Source: Octopus sinensis
Taxonomy: Eukaryota
DNA length: 56,856 nucleotides
Direction: 5' to 3'
NCBI RefSeq assembly: GCF_006345805.1
Contig: NW_021833610.1
Coordinates: 1 to 56,856, forward strand
The first letter of the stretch is position 1. Each line of letters begins with the position of its first letter. The notes beneath the pieces were generated by a model. The model was not told the DNA's origin. It saw only the letters and a program-made list of their open reading frames with translations, and did not search any database. The position numbers and the translations under genes were made by a program. Below, piece by piece: positions 38,801-48,676 of the stretch.

Positions 38801-41663
38801 AATAAACACATATATACAACAGACTGTTAGTGTATTGAGAGAGAAGTTTGGCAGAAGAAGAATTGGATGCAGTCTGTGAGAGAAGACAGTGCTGGTTTGG
38901 TCATGTGATGTGGATGGATGCTGACAGCTCAACAAAGAAGTGCCGTACATTCAAAGTGGATGGAACTTGTGTAAGAGGGAGACCCAGTAAAACAGAGGAC
39001 GAAGTTCTGAAGGAGAACCTCCGAACGGTGAACCTTGTGGATGAGATGACAAAGGACTGAGATATCTGGTGCCTTGCTGTGCTCAAGAAGACCTGACCTC
39101 CACAGCAGAAATGTATCAACTTTATGCTTAGAGAAAATAGGAAGTGTTTAACATTTTGAGTCTACTCTTTGACAGAAAGAATAGAAGAAGAGAGAGAGAA
39201 GAGAAGAAACCCGTGTCAGAGTGTCACTACAAGCTGAAATGATTGGAGGAGGAAGAGGTTGCTGAAGGTGTCAGTGGCTCTGGCAACCAAGGGAGACATC
39301 TATGAGAGCTGACTTGAGGTACGAGTGACAAGGGAGACAACTATGAACTTGGCACGTGTATGTGAGCACACATGTGTATGAGACTACTGTGTATAAGTAT
39401 CTATGCATGTGTGTATGTATGTCCATGCTTTTGGTTTATGTGTGTGTGTATAAGGCTATGCGATGTAACTGTGTGTGCAAGCAAGTGGATGTATATAAAG
39501 CTCTTGTGTGCATGTATACTGTGTGTGTGTGTTCATGCGTGTTGGTACGTACATGTATATGTATATGTGTGTGTGTGTGTCTGTGCACCATAATTTAGTG
39601 TCCATGGCTGGGTGTCCTTCCTGTAGCCAAGTGCCACATGTTTCCAAATGAGGGAATATTTCTCCATGGTCAGACATGTTTTTCATGGAAGACTGGAAAT
39701 GACACAACATCACTTGTGTGATGGTGATGTTCATTTACAACCATCGTGTGCTGTCAACACCTGGCTACTCACCCTCACACACACACACACACATATATAT
39801 ATGTATGTATTACAAAATATAAAGTTATATCTTGAGTGACAACAACACTCAAGATATACGACGGACTGGAAATAGAAGTGCTCCAATGAGCTGTATACAC
39901 TTTTTATAAAAAAGTATATATGTATGTATAAATGATGAGCTTCTTTCAGTTTCTATCAACGAAATCCACTCCCAAGGCTTTGGCCAACCACTGACCTATA
40001 ACAGAAGACACTTGTCCAAAATGCTGTGAGTGGAATTGAACCTGAAACCACGTGATCAGGAAGTTAGCTTCTCAACCACACTTGGATCTAAAAAGAAACA
40101 TTAACTATAAAAAATGGTATTACTAACCTTTCTGCACAATGGCTGCTGCAACACCTCCCATATGTTCCAATCTACCATTTGCAGCATTAACAATAGCATC
40201 TGTGTCCAGAGTCGTGATGTCACCTTCCCTCAACACGATTTCACAGTTCTTATAATTAACTTTAACTATTTCTTCTGTTTCACTTTCTAAATTTGAATTT
40301 AATGATATTATACTCTCAGATTTCTTCTGCATTTCACACAAGAAAGTGTTTCCTTCTTCACTTTCCAGAAATTCTTGAAATCTAAACATTTCAAAGTTTT
40401 CTTCTTGTGATCTGATATCTTTTATTAAATTTTCTATAAATATTTCCATTTTCTTAAATTGCTCTTGTGTTCCTTCCAGGTGTAACTTATTATCTTTGAG
40501 ACACACATTCTTAATTTTATTTTTCGCACCAAAGTCATTGATTTCTTGTTCTTTGAACTCTTTAAGAAAGAGGAAATGTGCATGAGTCATCGATATATAA
40601 GGTTCATCAGTTAAAGATTGCTTAAAGTTATCAATTTTGCTTTTTATATCATTAACTACAGCATCAACAGCGACAAGAGAATTTTCTCCAATAAAATGGG
40701 AATCTGGAAACTCTTCTTTTAGTTTTTCAACAAATGTCAGCCACTTTCCATAATTTGGAGTATCCTTAATTTTGTGTACAAAATCCAGTGTGTTGGCGAA
40801 AAAAGTTTCTTTCATAATTTCTTCCAAAAGTGAAAGATGTGTTTTATCACTTGCATAAAGTAATACTGAATCACCATCACCCGTTTCCCATGAACCAATA
40901 CATTTCTTGTTTCTCAGTTTGTCATCAAGATATTCTTTCACTGGTTTTTTATTTATGATCATTCCAGTATTTAAAGGCAAACACAATTCAGATTTAACAA
41001 TTGACTGAAGAATTTTATACATATTCTTGAGACAAGTAGCTAATTCGGAATACTGGCCTTCAAAAATAACTTTGTTACCATGAATTCTGACTTGTAGATC
41101 TTCAGATTGTCTTTCTGCCTGCTCAAAAAATCTGAGACCAGATAGAATACGCCTTCCATGAATACTTAAATCATCCTCATATATCGATCTAAGATTATCC
41201 AAAAGTCTGTTTTTCATTTTAATCACATTACTTTTATCAAATCCAAAAATATGAACTTTATGATATTGGATATCAAAATAAAAATATTTCTTATCATCAT
41301 CACTTTTAAATGTTCTAACAACGTCTTCAAAAATATTGGTTGGAACATCAATGATTTCAACAGTAATGGAATTTAATAAGTCTTCCAAACATTGTTCAAT
41401 TTGCTTCAAATTTCCTTCAGAATAACTTAATTTCAGTTTATTAAACTTGGAATCTTTCCATATTACTTCAGCCCATTTCTTTAATTGGTCATTAACTATG
41501 ATTTTATGTCTTTTTAAGAAAGTCAGATGGAACTTGGAAGGTAGTAAATAGTCATGGAATTGCTGTCTTGAAATGGTATTTTCTTCTGATGGTTCCCTCA
41601 ATGGTTGAACATCTGACTTCACATTTTGCAGTATATGATCTCTGCTACAATCGTCCAGCACAA
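2613..41663 (-). CDS. PARP14: PARP14-like macro-PARP, multi-exon, partial at both ends: large exon, macrodomain 1, macrodomain 2A, macrodomain 2B, linker
   Basis: Twelve exons join in one open frame through canonical AG/GT sites: 40128-41663, 34822-35070, 30611-30790, 24921-25057, 24411-24638, 23358-23585, 17782-17836, 14837-14973, 14330-14557, 10644-10871, 8029-8083, 2613-2794. Macro motifs: GDIT..DAIVNAAN..GGVAAAI, HAVGP, IAIPALSTGTFG, VIINST..GAIS, AFPILGAG. WWE and catalytic domains are not in the window, so PARP14 versus PARP9/15-like orthology is inferred from architecture. Confidence 0.85.
3165..4700 (-). mobile_element. Nested 3' fragments of RTE-clade LINEs with (CAT)n-tailed 3' UTR pieces
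   Basis: YGHVMHVDKDSCVKKCRSLTVDGTCGRGRPRKTWDKV and SSGGGCTESIVAR match the longer copies at 20.2-22.5, 35.7-38.5 and 48.9-52.2 kb; boundaries approximate. Confidence 0.85.
5030..5235 (+). mobile_element. SINE-like repeat
   Basis: tRNA-like head (gagttcaaatt) followed by a gtaccagt...ctggggttgatgtaatcgactta core, whose reverse complement recurs in the 41.8-42.4 kb array. Confidence 0.6.
5900..7050 (-). mobile_element. RTE/BovB-like LINE 5' fragment (APE endonuclease), degenerate
   Basis: YNIDLAA, SGSSYTFFWKG, LGYFNAVVG, MNSNGLQL, CSTDHKLIRAKL; similar to 45.6-48.4 kb; boundaries approximate. Confidence 0.8.
7545..7740. repeat. A-rich low-complexity tract with recurring aatacaaaaatat
   Basis: Direct inspection. 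Confidence 0.6.
8029..8083 (-). CDS. PARP14: Cassette B exon 4 (55 nt, phase 0 to 1)
   Basis: ttctaacag|AAATTT ... TCAG|gtaaat; encodes KFDEYFQGNTTGSSAASS. Confidence 0.85.
9540..10520 (+). mobile_element. RTE LINE endonuclease-region fragments
   Basis: CLQEVRWRG...IFWESNSDGVGGV matches ORF 53513-54322; heavily decayed. Confidence 0.75.
10644..10871 (-). CDS. PARP14: Cassette B exon 3 (228 nt)
   Basis: tttttttag|ATTCTG ... AAG|gttggt; encodes ILANLTQIITTCLETAERMGAKSLAFPILGAGTLKYP... Confidence 0.92.
11000..13380 (+). mobile_element. HERO-like (restriction-like endonuclease class) non-LTR retrotransposon, 5' truncated, frameshifted, endonuclease core deleted
   Basis: FRPISLLNVEGK, QKAGIPGIPGCIEH, WLDLANAYGSVPH, GCTISV, AFMDG, YDALPS..NL.RW, and C-terminal FPIEVGCRGF...ASHWIW. 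Absent from the paralogous intron at about 23.7 kb. The clade call is from recalled motif similarity. Confidence 0.85.
14330..14557 (-). CDS. PARP14: Cassette B exon 2: macrodomain 2B core (228 nt)
   Basis: ttttgtag|GTTGAT ... TTA|gtaagt; encodes VDVIINSTNKHLQLNDGSISKFILNAAGPQIQVEC... Confidence 0.92.
14837..14973 (-). CDS. PARP14: Cassette B exon 1 (137 nt, phase 1 to 0)
   Basis: cttttcag|GGACC ... TCT|gtgagt; encodes TSLSNPSPLHPQQKAASVIPRTNVALTKNPGIKINLMIDSISNAS. Confidence 0.9.
15027..16934 (+). mobile_element. Non-autonomous Helitron carrying a PIF1-like helicase fragment
   Basis: 5' A|TC at 15027; 3' GCCC...GGGC hairpin then CTAG|T at 16931-16935; ORF 16334-16855 has AILAPRN, YPIEVLNS..PGLPPH.LKLKVGAPIML and CNGTRL. 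Confidence 0.9.
15736..16085. repeat. About 165-bp tandem repeat, 2.1 copies, inside the Helitron
   Basis: aagttttttaggacgaa starts at 15736, 15901 and 16067. Confidence 0.9.
17782..17836 (-). CDS. PARP14: Cassette A exon 4: last helix and linker (55 nt, phase 0 to 1)
   Basis: ttttaacag|AAATTT ... TCAG|gtaaat; encodes KFKEYFQQMSADGSDVSS; paralogue at 8029-8083. Confidence 0.85.
18630..18785 (-). mobile_element. tRNA-derived SINE; related copies near 30350-30490, 34270-34400, 39940-40082, 45380-45445 and 56500-56608
   Basis: The minus strand reads ggctgtgtggttagggagc...gggttcagtcccactgcgtggcac (A/B-box-like); the shared body is visible between copies. Confidence 0.75.
19100..20150 (-). mobile_element. 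Mariner transposon relic
   Basis: N-terminal QCQWWFHKF..GNYSLEDNPHSGR; C-terminal HQDNVWPHTA and HPPYSSDIAPSDY (mariner YSPDLAP motif); stops and frameshifts; TIRs not resolved. Confidence 0.88.
20161..22530 (+). mobile_element. RTE-clade LINE, 5' truncated (RT to 3' UTR), inserted at the mariner 5' end
   Basis: NYKGITLL, QFGFVPGKSTTDAIF, FVDMEKAFDRVP, YADD relic, GRPRKTW; ends in a (GAT)n tail at about 22509-22528. Confidence 0.92.
22122..22316. repeat. 65-bp tandem repeat, 3 copies, within the RTE 3' UTR
   Basis: tgcctgattgttcccatgc starts at 22122, 22187 and 22252; no unique spacers. Confidence 0.92.
23358..23585 (-). CDS. PARP14: Cassette A exon 3: macrodomain 2A C-terminal half (228 nt, phase 0 to 0)
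   Basis: tttttttag|ATTCTG ... AAG|gttggt; encodes ILANLTQIITICLKNTERMGVKSIAFPILGAGTLKYP...IKDVYFTVYPQD. Confidence 0.92.
24411..24638 (-). CDS. PARP14: Cassette A exon 2: macrodomain 2A core (228 nt, phase 0 to 0)
   Basis: ttttgtag|GTTGAT ... TCA|gtaagt; encodes VDVIINSTNKSLQLNIGAISKSILNAAGPEIQVEC...TKGYNLKCKKVFHLVLPPW. Confidence 0.92.
24921..25057 (-). CDS. PARP14: Cassette A exon 1: linker and first strand of macrodomain 2A (137 nt, phase 1 to 0)
   Basis: ttttcag|GAACC ... TCT|gtgagt; encodes TTSFNASLLGPQQKAAPMTPRTNVASGENAGIKIQLMIGSISNAS. Confidence 0.9.
25898..27892 (-). mobile_element. CR1-like LINE, 5' truncated, one frameshift in RT, poly(A) tail
   Basis: NYRPISLTSHISKVME, QHGFRPGRSC, YLDFAKAFDKLDH, GVPQGTVLGPLLF, YADDTK, DYCSQLWSP; flanked by (TA)n on both sides. 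Confidence 0.92.
27937..30453. repeat. Segmental duplicate, copy 1 (paralogous to 54934-56608)
   Basis: Colinear unique sequence, RTE fragment and SINE are shared with the 55-56.6 kb region. Confidence 0.92.
28250..29900 (-). mobile_element. RTE LINE 3' fragment with internal deletions
   Basis: RT and C-terminal sequence homologous to 49.5-50.8 kb; (CAT)n tail at about 28250. Confidence 0.88.
30611..30790 (-). CDS. PARP14: Macrodomain 1 C-terminal exon (180 nt, phase 1 to 1)
   Basis: ttattacag|GTACTTTTGG ... AGAG|gtagga; encodes TFGIPIEEGTECIVTTIKNYL...IKHICLIDVQKEVIRAF. Confidence 0.92.
31745..33940 (+). mobile_element. Penelope-like element (RT, Asn-rich inserts, Cys-rich linker, C-terminal GIY-YIG endonuclease), frameshifted
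   Basis: DIQNYYSSI, ITMGSP.SAE..DL, GLYRDN, NYLDV, SNHP; LWLIIPY..IKT block; CNCR..C...C..KEVVY..YIG..KQRLNYH..F; W.LK; CSLC..E. Confidence 0.88.
32825..32872 (+). repeat. (AAT)16 microsatellite encoding poly-Asn in the PLE frame
   Basis: Direct inspection. Confidence 0.95.
34822..35070 (-). CDS. PARP14: Macrodomain 1 middle exon (249 nt, phase 1 to 1)
   Basis: tttgcag|GTGGGTTT ... ACAG|gtaag; encodes GFGIQAESNRIMKE...KCKAIIHAVGPIW...IAIPALSTG. Confidence 0.93.
35745..38550 (+). mobile_element. RTE-clade LINE, 5' truncated, RT ORF 36046-37164 largely open
   Basis: GVHQGSVLSPLL, LLYADDLAL, GRGRPRKTW; 3' UTR ends near 38550. Confidence 0.93.
38840..39110 (+). mobile_element. RTE LINE 3' coding fragment
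   Basis: WFGHVMWMDADSSTKKCRTFKVDGTCVRGRPSKT. Confidence 0.8.
40128..41663 (-). CDS. PARP14: Large exon (1536 nt, phase 1 to 1): probable KH-like repeat region plus N-terminal part of macrodomain 1
   Basis: The 512-aa ORF 40123-41661 ends IVLREGDITTLDTDAIVNAANGRLEHMGGVAAAIVQKG. Donor AAG|GTTAGT at 40128/40127; acceptor ttttactttttcataatttag|TT at 41664/41663. The 5' boundary is less certain, and KH-like identity is inferred from PARP14 architecture. Confidence 0.9.
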
Positions 41664-41833
41664 CTAAATTATGAAAAAGTAAAAAGATAAAATCATTTCG
41701 TTGGTGAGGGATTAGGGGTGAGCTGGGGAGTTTAGTGGGTAAAGACAGAAAAGTATTTGAAGACAGAAAAATATAATCAACATTTAACAGACACTAAGTA
41801 AACACTATCTCTATTAATTATAATAAATACTAG

Positions 41834-42371
41834 AAACATCACTGGAATTTTGGTTTTAAATTTTGGCACAAGGCCAGCAATTTCAGGAGAGTGGCTAAGT
41901 CAATTACATCAACCCCAGTGCTCAGCTGGTACTTATTTTATTGACCATAAACATCACTGAAATTTTGGTTTCAAATTTTAGCACAAGACCAGTAATTTCA
42001 GGAGAGAGGCTAAGTCAATTACATCAACCCCAGTGCTCAGCTGGTATTTATTTTATTGACCATAAACATCACTGGAATCTTGATTTCAAATTTTGGCACA
42101 AGGCCAGCAATTTCAGGAGAGTGGCTAAGTCAATTACATCAACCCCACTGCTCAACTGGTACTTATTTTATTGACCATAAACATCACTGAAATTTTGGTT
42201 TCAAATTTTGGCACAAGGCCAGCAATTTCAGGAGAGTGGCTAAGTCAATTACATCCACTCCAGTGCTCAGCTGGTATTTATTTTATTGACCATAAACATC
42301 ACTGGAATCTTGATTTCAAATTTTAGGACAAGGCCAGCAATTGCAGGAGAGTGGCTAAATAGATTACATCG
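41834..42371. repeat. 115-bp tandem array, about 4.7 copies, SINE-derived
   Basis: aaacatcact starts at 41834, 41949, 42064, 42179 and 42294. Confidence 0.95.
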
Positions 42372-42619
42372 ATCACATTGCAAATGCAAGAGGATGAAAG
42401 ACATAGTCATCCCTGTCAGAATTTGAACATTGAGTGTGAAGATGGATGAAATACCGCTAGCCATTTCATCCGACATGCCCGCCCATCACCATTATCACTG
42501 AGATAATAAGAAACATCATCATCATTTAGCGTCTGTTGTCCCTGGTGATATGGGTTGGACAGCTTGACCAGGGCTGGTAATGTGGGAGACTGCAACAAAT
42601 GCCAGTCTGGTTTGGAGTG

Positions 42620-43790
42620 GTTTTCTATGCCTGGATACTTTGCGATCGTCAACCCATGCCATGCTGAGTTTGTATGTCTTCTCTTGCAGTTCCTGATAAT
42701 TAGATTCGCAATAAAGAGCTGATCCTTCGTTTCCTGACTTCTTTTACGGTACCCTTTCTGTTTAATGGGTAGCAGCCCACTTTTTCCCAAGCATCTGTAC
42801 AGTTCAGCAGCCAAATTACCTGACATTAGTTTCCATGTTGCATCCAAGTTGGATGTAACATTTCCCTTTCCAGGATCCTTGGAACGTAACAATGTCTTTC
42901 CCTTTGTCTTCCAGCTGGGTACTGCACCTTCCTGCAAGCACTCATCTAGCTGTTGCACTCTCCTTTGATGGATCCTTCTCAGCTTCTTCATCCAATAATC
43001 TGGGACCCCATCCAGTCCTGGGCTCTTCCAATTTGGGAATTTTCTTAACTGCTTTTTTTTATCATTTCTGTAGTTATTTTTATGTCTTTTTTACCTTCTA
43101 TATTTCTTAACCTATCTTGGATTTCATGCAGCCACTCTGCTTCATTATTATCATCTGCAGATTGGTACCAGATCTCTCTCCAAAATGCCCTACTTTCCTC
43201 TGCTTCTGGTATCATTGTTATGTGTAATTGCCCATCCAGTTCCTGAAACAGTTACTTCTGATATGCTTCTAACAATCTGTTCTGCTTGAATTATTTTCTT
43301 CTATTGTCATATCTTTCTTGTTTTGCTTTGATTGCTCCAACTCTTTGTTTCATTTCTTCCAATATCTCATCATACAATTTATCTCTTATTCCATCTGTCC
43401 TTTCCAGCATCATTCTTATACTTTCATTCTGCAATTCCCCTCTTCTCAATCTATCAACTTGTCCTAAATGCCTTTGTTCCTTACAAATTCCTCTACACCA
43501 GAACGGTTCTTTACGTTCTATTTGTTCTTTCCTTTTCAATCCAATTCTATCTGCAGCAACAGTTGCTGCACCCCAAATAATCTTGTGAGTTTCAGTGATA
43601 TTTCTCGTATGGAACAGCCCAAGAACTGAATCTATCTTTCTGGTTTCAACCTTGATCTTGCATTGGTCAATGTACCTCAGATTATGGGGGGGAAGGGTCT
43701 TGATCCTGGTCTTCTCAAATATATCCTCTCTACGTCTTGTTGGGCATCACCGTATTATTGGGATACAGCTCTTCCTATTACTTCTGCTTA
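42620..43790 (-). mobile_element. R4/Dong-like non-LTR retrotransposon fragment
   Basis: VPSWKTKGKTLL.SKDPGKG..SN, WKLMSG, LLPIKQKG.RK.SQETKDQL.I..LI..NCKRRHTN; EPFWCRGI. Confidence 0.8.
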
Positions 43791-44219
43791 ATTTGTGGAA
43801 GGGCATCAGGCTGTAAAAATCCTGCCAAAACAGACACAGAAGTGCCTGGCTAGCTCCTGTCAAACCGTCCCAACCATTCTAGCATGGAACATGGATGTCA
43901 AACAATGATGATGATTTTATTAGTTTGATCAATATTTCAACTGTTTGCTTCTCTTTGTCAAGTTCTAATGAAAACATGATGAATAGAAATTTAAAAATTG
44001 TAGAAATTCAAATTCAAAACTTGGAACGAGGAGATCCTGCATTCCCAGTTTGACAAAATGATGTCATCAGTCTTCAATTTTCAATTGTATAACTGGCTAA
44101 AAGAAAGAAAAACAACAAGAGAAAAAAGAAAAAGGAGAAGAATATATAGTCAGTTTTGTGTGAATATTATGAAATTCCTCTGTCATTTTATTCATCCCTT
44201 CATGGTGTAGATGTTAATA

Positions 44220-45100
44220 ACTCACAAAACATATCTGTCCCTGTGCATTTTGAGGACTGAAAGTGTAGCAGATTCAGAATATTTTCTGAGAATATGCACT
44301 TTCAATTTTTTTTGAAAATTGCAGCCATTTGATGTAAAATGTTCAGCAAGTTCTGTTGAATTTTTATCATGCCTGACATCATATCTGTGCCCATGAAGTC
44401 TTTTGTTTAATTGTTCTGTTGTACAACCAACATAAATCATGTTGTGTTTCATGTATTCTGCCACATACACCAAATTTGGATCTCTACATGTCCCACCTTC
44501 TGAATAAATCATAACATTTCTGTTATGATTCCTGATGGAATTCACTTGACTCATGTTGTTGCACAATGAACAGGGCTTAACTCTCTTGCGACTGTTTTTC
44601 AAGATATGATGTTCAGAAAGTCCAGTGTTAGAGTTCTTGGAATTAAAGCTAGTGGTTAATATTTATCTTATATTCTTAATACATTTGTTCCTTTCCCAAA
44701 AGGAAAGGATTTTCAATTGCCTGCGTAAACCACAGAAGTCATTCACTTTCTATCACCCACCCAGAAATGGTTTACTCCTAGAAAGATGACTAAAAGTTAT
44801 GAGTTCCTCACATGAACATTCTAAACCATTTTTATCACGGAATAGGTTCCATATTTTAAGTGAAGAATTTGAGCAAAACCCAAAAAGTAGTCACAGATCT
44901 AATGAAAGTGAAACTCTGAAAAGCACTCTCCTAAGAAAATCCATCATACGAGTGAATAAATTTATCTAAACTAAACCTTTCACCAGACGATGTCCCTGAC
45001 TTGGTGCTGGGATTGAGTTTCTGCCCAAAGACTAAGAATTTTGACAAGAATAAAATCCAGCTCAAGGGCTATCCACTGTCACAAGCTGAAGGAATGTTTT
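44220..45100. mobile_element. Penelope-like element fragments in inverted arrangement: GIY-YIG on minus (about 44220-44690), ORF N-terminus on plus (about 44710-45100)
   Basis: Minus: KPCSLC...TCRDPNLVY...IYVGCTTEQLNKRLHGHRYD. Plus: INLSKLNLSPDD...GLSFCP-type motif. Confidence 0.75.
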
Positions 45101-45469
45101 TTTTATAACATACAAGCAGCGATACTTGGTATTGCTCGGGATTAAAATGGCATAGTTTTTGCTGTTTTACTTGTTTCAGTCATGTGAATGGCCGTGCTGT
45201 AGCACCACCTTTAAACAAACAAACAGACCCAAGGATTTATTATTTCTAAGCATAGTACTTATTCTGTTGCTGTCTTTTGCCGAACTGCTAAGTTACAGGG
45301 ACCTGAACACAACAACATCATTTGTCAAGCAATGGTGGGGCTACAAACACAGATATACACACAAATATACATATCTATACGACAGTCTTCTTTCAGTTTC
45401 CATGTGCAAAATCCACTCGCAAGGCTTCGTTGGTCTGAGGCCATGATATATGCAAGCACACACACACAC

Positions 45470-45471
<2 letters not shown>

Positions 45472-45518
<47 letters not shown>
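45472..45518. repeat. (TA)n microsatellite; others include (TG)n 15661-15729, (AAT)n 31101-31160 and (TG)n 27912-27937
   Basis: Direct inspection. Confidence 0.95.
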
Positions 45519-45519
<1 letters not shown>

Positions 45520-45619
45520 CAAACCAAAGAGTCCCCATTCACTACACCAGCAGTACACTTTCAAACAGCATGCTTAAGTTCTTCATGCTGAATACATGCT
45601 CTCTCAAAAGTGTTGACCC

Positions 45620-48420
45620 CCATCCTTAACCTGCTTCCTCCATCCGTGGTGATGACAGTCATTGCTCTCTCAGTCAGTCTCCTATTTATCACAGGTTTTT
45701 AACGAGGACTTTACACAGTCCTTAAATTGTAGCCTTGGTTTCTACCGAGGTCTCTTTCCATTCACAAGTTCCCCATATAGCATCTGCTTAGGGATCCTGC
45801 AATCCTTCATTCTAATAAGGTGTCCAGTCCAACATAACTGCCGCTTGTGTACCATTGCCTCAATACTCAAGATATCAACTGTCCTCATGACCAGTGTGTC
45901 TGTAGTTTTTAAGGTCCAGCCAACATTCAGAATATGTTTGAGATATATCTGATGAAAGTGTTCAAGGACCCTTACATGACATTTGTACAGAGTCCATGTC
46001 TCATGAGTAAAGCAGTGATGTTAGTACACATGCCTTGTAATTCCATGCTGGGACCAGACACAGGACTGAGGAGACCAGAAGGAATCAGTTGTTCTCTGCA
46101 GCCTAAAAGATATTTCAGGCAGACAAATTTATTTACCACGTTCAGAATTGTTCCTTCAACCAATATATCTGGTTCCACACATGGATTACCTGGTGCAGGC
46201 TGCAACATTACAACAACCTTGTCCAGTCTAATACTGAATCCAAGTGCCTTGCAACAAGCAGAATTACGATTCATAAGTATTTGTATGTCATTCACTGTAT
46301 GAGTGACTAAGTCACAGTCATTTGCATAATGGAGGTCATGAATAAGAGACAGGAAAACGTTTCAGTTGGGGCAAGGATGTCACCCTGCTTGACACCATTC
46401 TCTACAGGAAGGGGTCCCACCATGTCAGCACCAACATTGACCCAAGCCTTCATCCCATCATGAAATTATTTAATTATAGATACAAAGTGATCTAGACATC
46501 CAAGTTTGCCAAGTATTTTCAATAGAAAAGCCCTATTCACAGTATCAAAGGCCTTTGTTAAATCAATGGATACCTGGAGAAGATCCATATTCTGCTCATA
46601 GCACTCCTCCTGCATCTGTAGTGCTGTAAAAATCATATCCATTGTCCCTCTACCAGATCAGAAGCCACATTGAGATTCAGATAGGACATCATTTACGAGA
46701 CACCCATTCAGGCGGGTAAGAAGAATATTTGCCAGAACCTTGCCAGCAGCTCATAGCAGAGCAAAACCTCTGTAGTAATCACACATTGTTCTGGTTCCTT
46801 TTACTATATAGAGAGGAAGAATAATCGCATGCCTTCCAGTCCTTAGGCATTGCACCATCCCTCCAGACTGCACTAATAAGTTCATGAAGGGACTGTGTGA
46901 TGTAATCACCACCAAATCGCAAGACCTCAGCACAAATTCCATCCTTTCCAGGTGCCCTACCAAGATTCAGTTTACTTATTGATGTCATTACTTCAACTAT
47001 TGAGGGTGTGGAATTTAAGGAGCCAATGATGGGTCTTTCTTGCATAGTATCAATCACTGTTACATCCACAACTGACTCATGGTTTAGGAGTTCAGAGAAG
47101 TGTTTGATCCAGCAACCTGTGATTTCTGTTGATTTAGTAAATAGAGTGGAAGACTCCTTGGAAAGGAAAGGGGATGATGTGGAGCTCTTAGGCCCATAAA
47201 CATGCTTCATAAGATGGTAAAGCTTCTTGCTGTCATTTGCATCAGCCTGAACATCACGAGCAAGATCCTCCCACCAAGTGTTCTGCATCTTCCTGAGAGA
47301 CTGCTGCAGTAGTGATTTTACACTGCTACAGTGGGCAAGTGCTAGATTTCACTGAACATCTGGAAGTCCTCTGCGTAACAATACACTGTAGGTATGGCAC
47401 TTTACCACCAATAGTCGCTGAACTTCAGCATCATTTTCATGAAACCAGTCTCTGTGTCAGGCAGTAGAATATTCCAGTGTTTCAGCAGCACATTGAAGAA
47501 TATGGTCTCGAAAACCTTCCCATGCTGCAGTATTTTCAATGCTGGAACAAGCGAGTCTGAAGCTCTTTCCTCAACATCACACCATTATATATCTTGTGGA
47601 CATTCAGATGCCAAGGAATGCTGAATGGTCCTCTTCTCTCTTTCACTCTAATCATCATCCAAAACTTTGCTCACACCAGACTGTGATCTGTCAGGCATTC
47701 CATTTCATGAAAGGACGTGGCATTACAAATGTCATTGATGTCACGCTTGCAGGTGATGAAATAATCCTATCGGTGCCAAACTTTAGACCTTGGATGCATC
47801 CACGTTGTTGTGTGATCTCCTTTGTGCAAAAAGTGAGTGCTTGCGATGTAAAGTCCATGTTTATCGCAAAGCTCCAGCAGCATGAGACCATTGCTATTCA
47901 TTTTCCCTACTCCAAAATGCTCTAGAGAGTTCCATGTTTGCCGGTCTGTTCCAACCCTGGCTTTGAAATCTCCCAATAGAATGACTCAGAATTGAGGATT
48001 TTCCTAAGTATGGCTCTCAGCTGGGTATAAAAAATAGCTTTATCTTCATTGCAACTTGTCAAAGCAAGTGCTTAGGCATTTACTAGAGTAGCAAACCACC
48101 CACCTTTCAGGTGCAATCTTACAGTCATTAGACGTTCATTTATAGGAACAGGAAGCACTTCCAACTTCTTCAGGATATCAGATCGAACTGCTAAGCCAAC
48201 ACCAGCCTCTCTGTGCTCCTCCTTCCAAAAAAAGAAGGTGTATCCACTTCCTACTTCCTCAGGTTGACCACCACCTTCCATACAAGCCTCTGAAAGTGCA
48301 GCTATATCAATGTTATAATGGTTCAACTCACGAGCAACAAGTGTAGTGCATATTTTCAGGCCTCCAATCACTCTTGTTATCCAACAGAATGCAAACATTC
48401 CAACATGAAATGTTCAAGTT
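45620..48420 (-). mobile_element. RTE/BovB-like LINE, near full length, degenerate
   Basis: TLVARELNHYNIDIAALSE, GDFKARVG, NSNGLMLLELC, TTWMHPRSKVWH, RAPGKDGICAEVL, QLCWTGHLIRM. Confidence 0.9.
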
Positions 48421-48676
48421 CCAACCAGATTTTGTAAATAAAAGTTTCTTTGTTTTTCGAGCACAGGGTGGACATACAGAATACATTCCCTCACTTTAAT
48501 TCTCCTATTCCTTCCTTCTCCTACCTTGATTCAACCCTTGAACTTTTTCAACGGACAATTTCTCCTGCTTTCATCCAATCCGGCGTCAACCCCTATAAAT
48601 AGACATTATTTATCATTATCTTAATGAGCTCCTAGAGAGCAGTCATCGAAAAACTTGTGCATTTTGTTGGGTAATC

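Noticed and set aside
41641-41646. Tandem TAG/CAG acceptors as the start of the large exon
   Set aside because: They lie 19-22 nt downstream of an AG that directly follows the pyrimidine tract (41664-41665), which is the more likely site; not excluded without cDNA.
44040-44130. Strong minus-strand acceptor at 44097/44096 as a missing upstream PARP exon
   Set aside because: All three frames hit a stop within 10 codons and no good donor follows.
44780-44830. Degenerate hammerhead-like ttatgagttc...gaac near the Penelope fragment
   Set aside because: The core lacks both CUGA and GAAA, and no stem I or III can be drawn.
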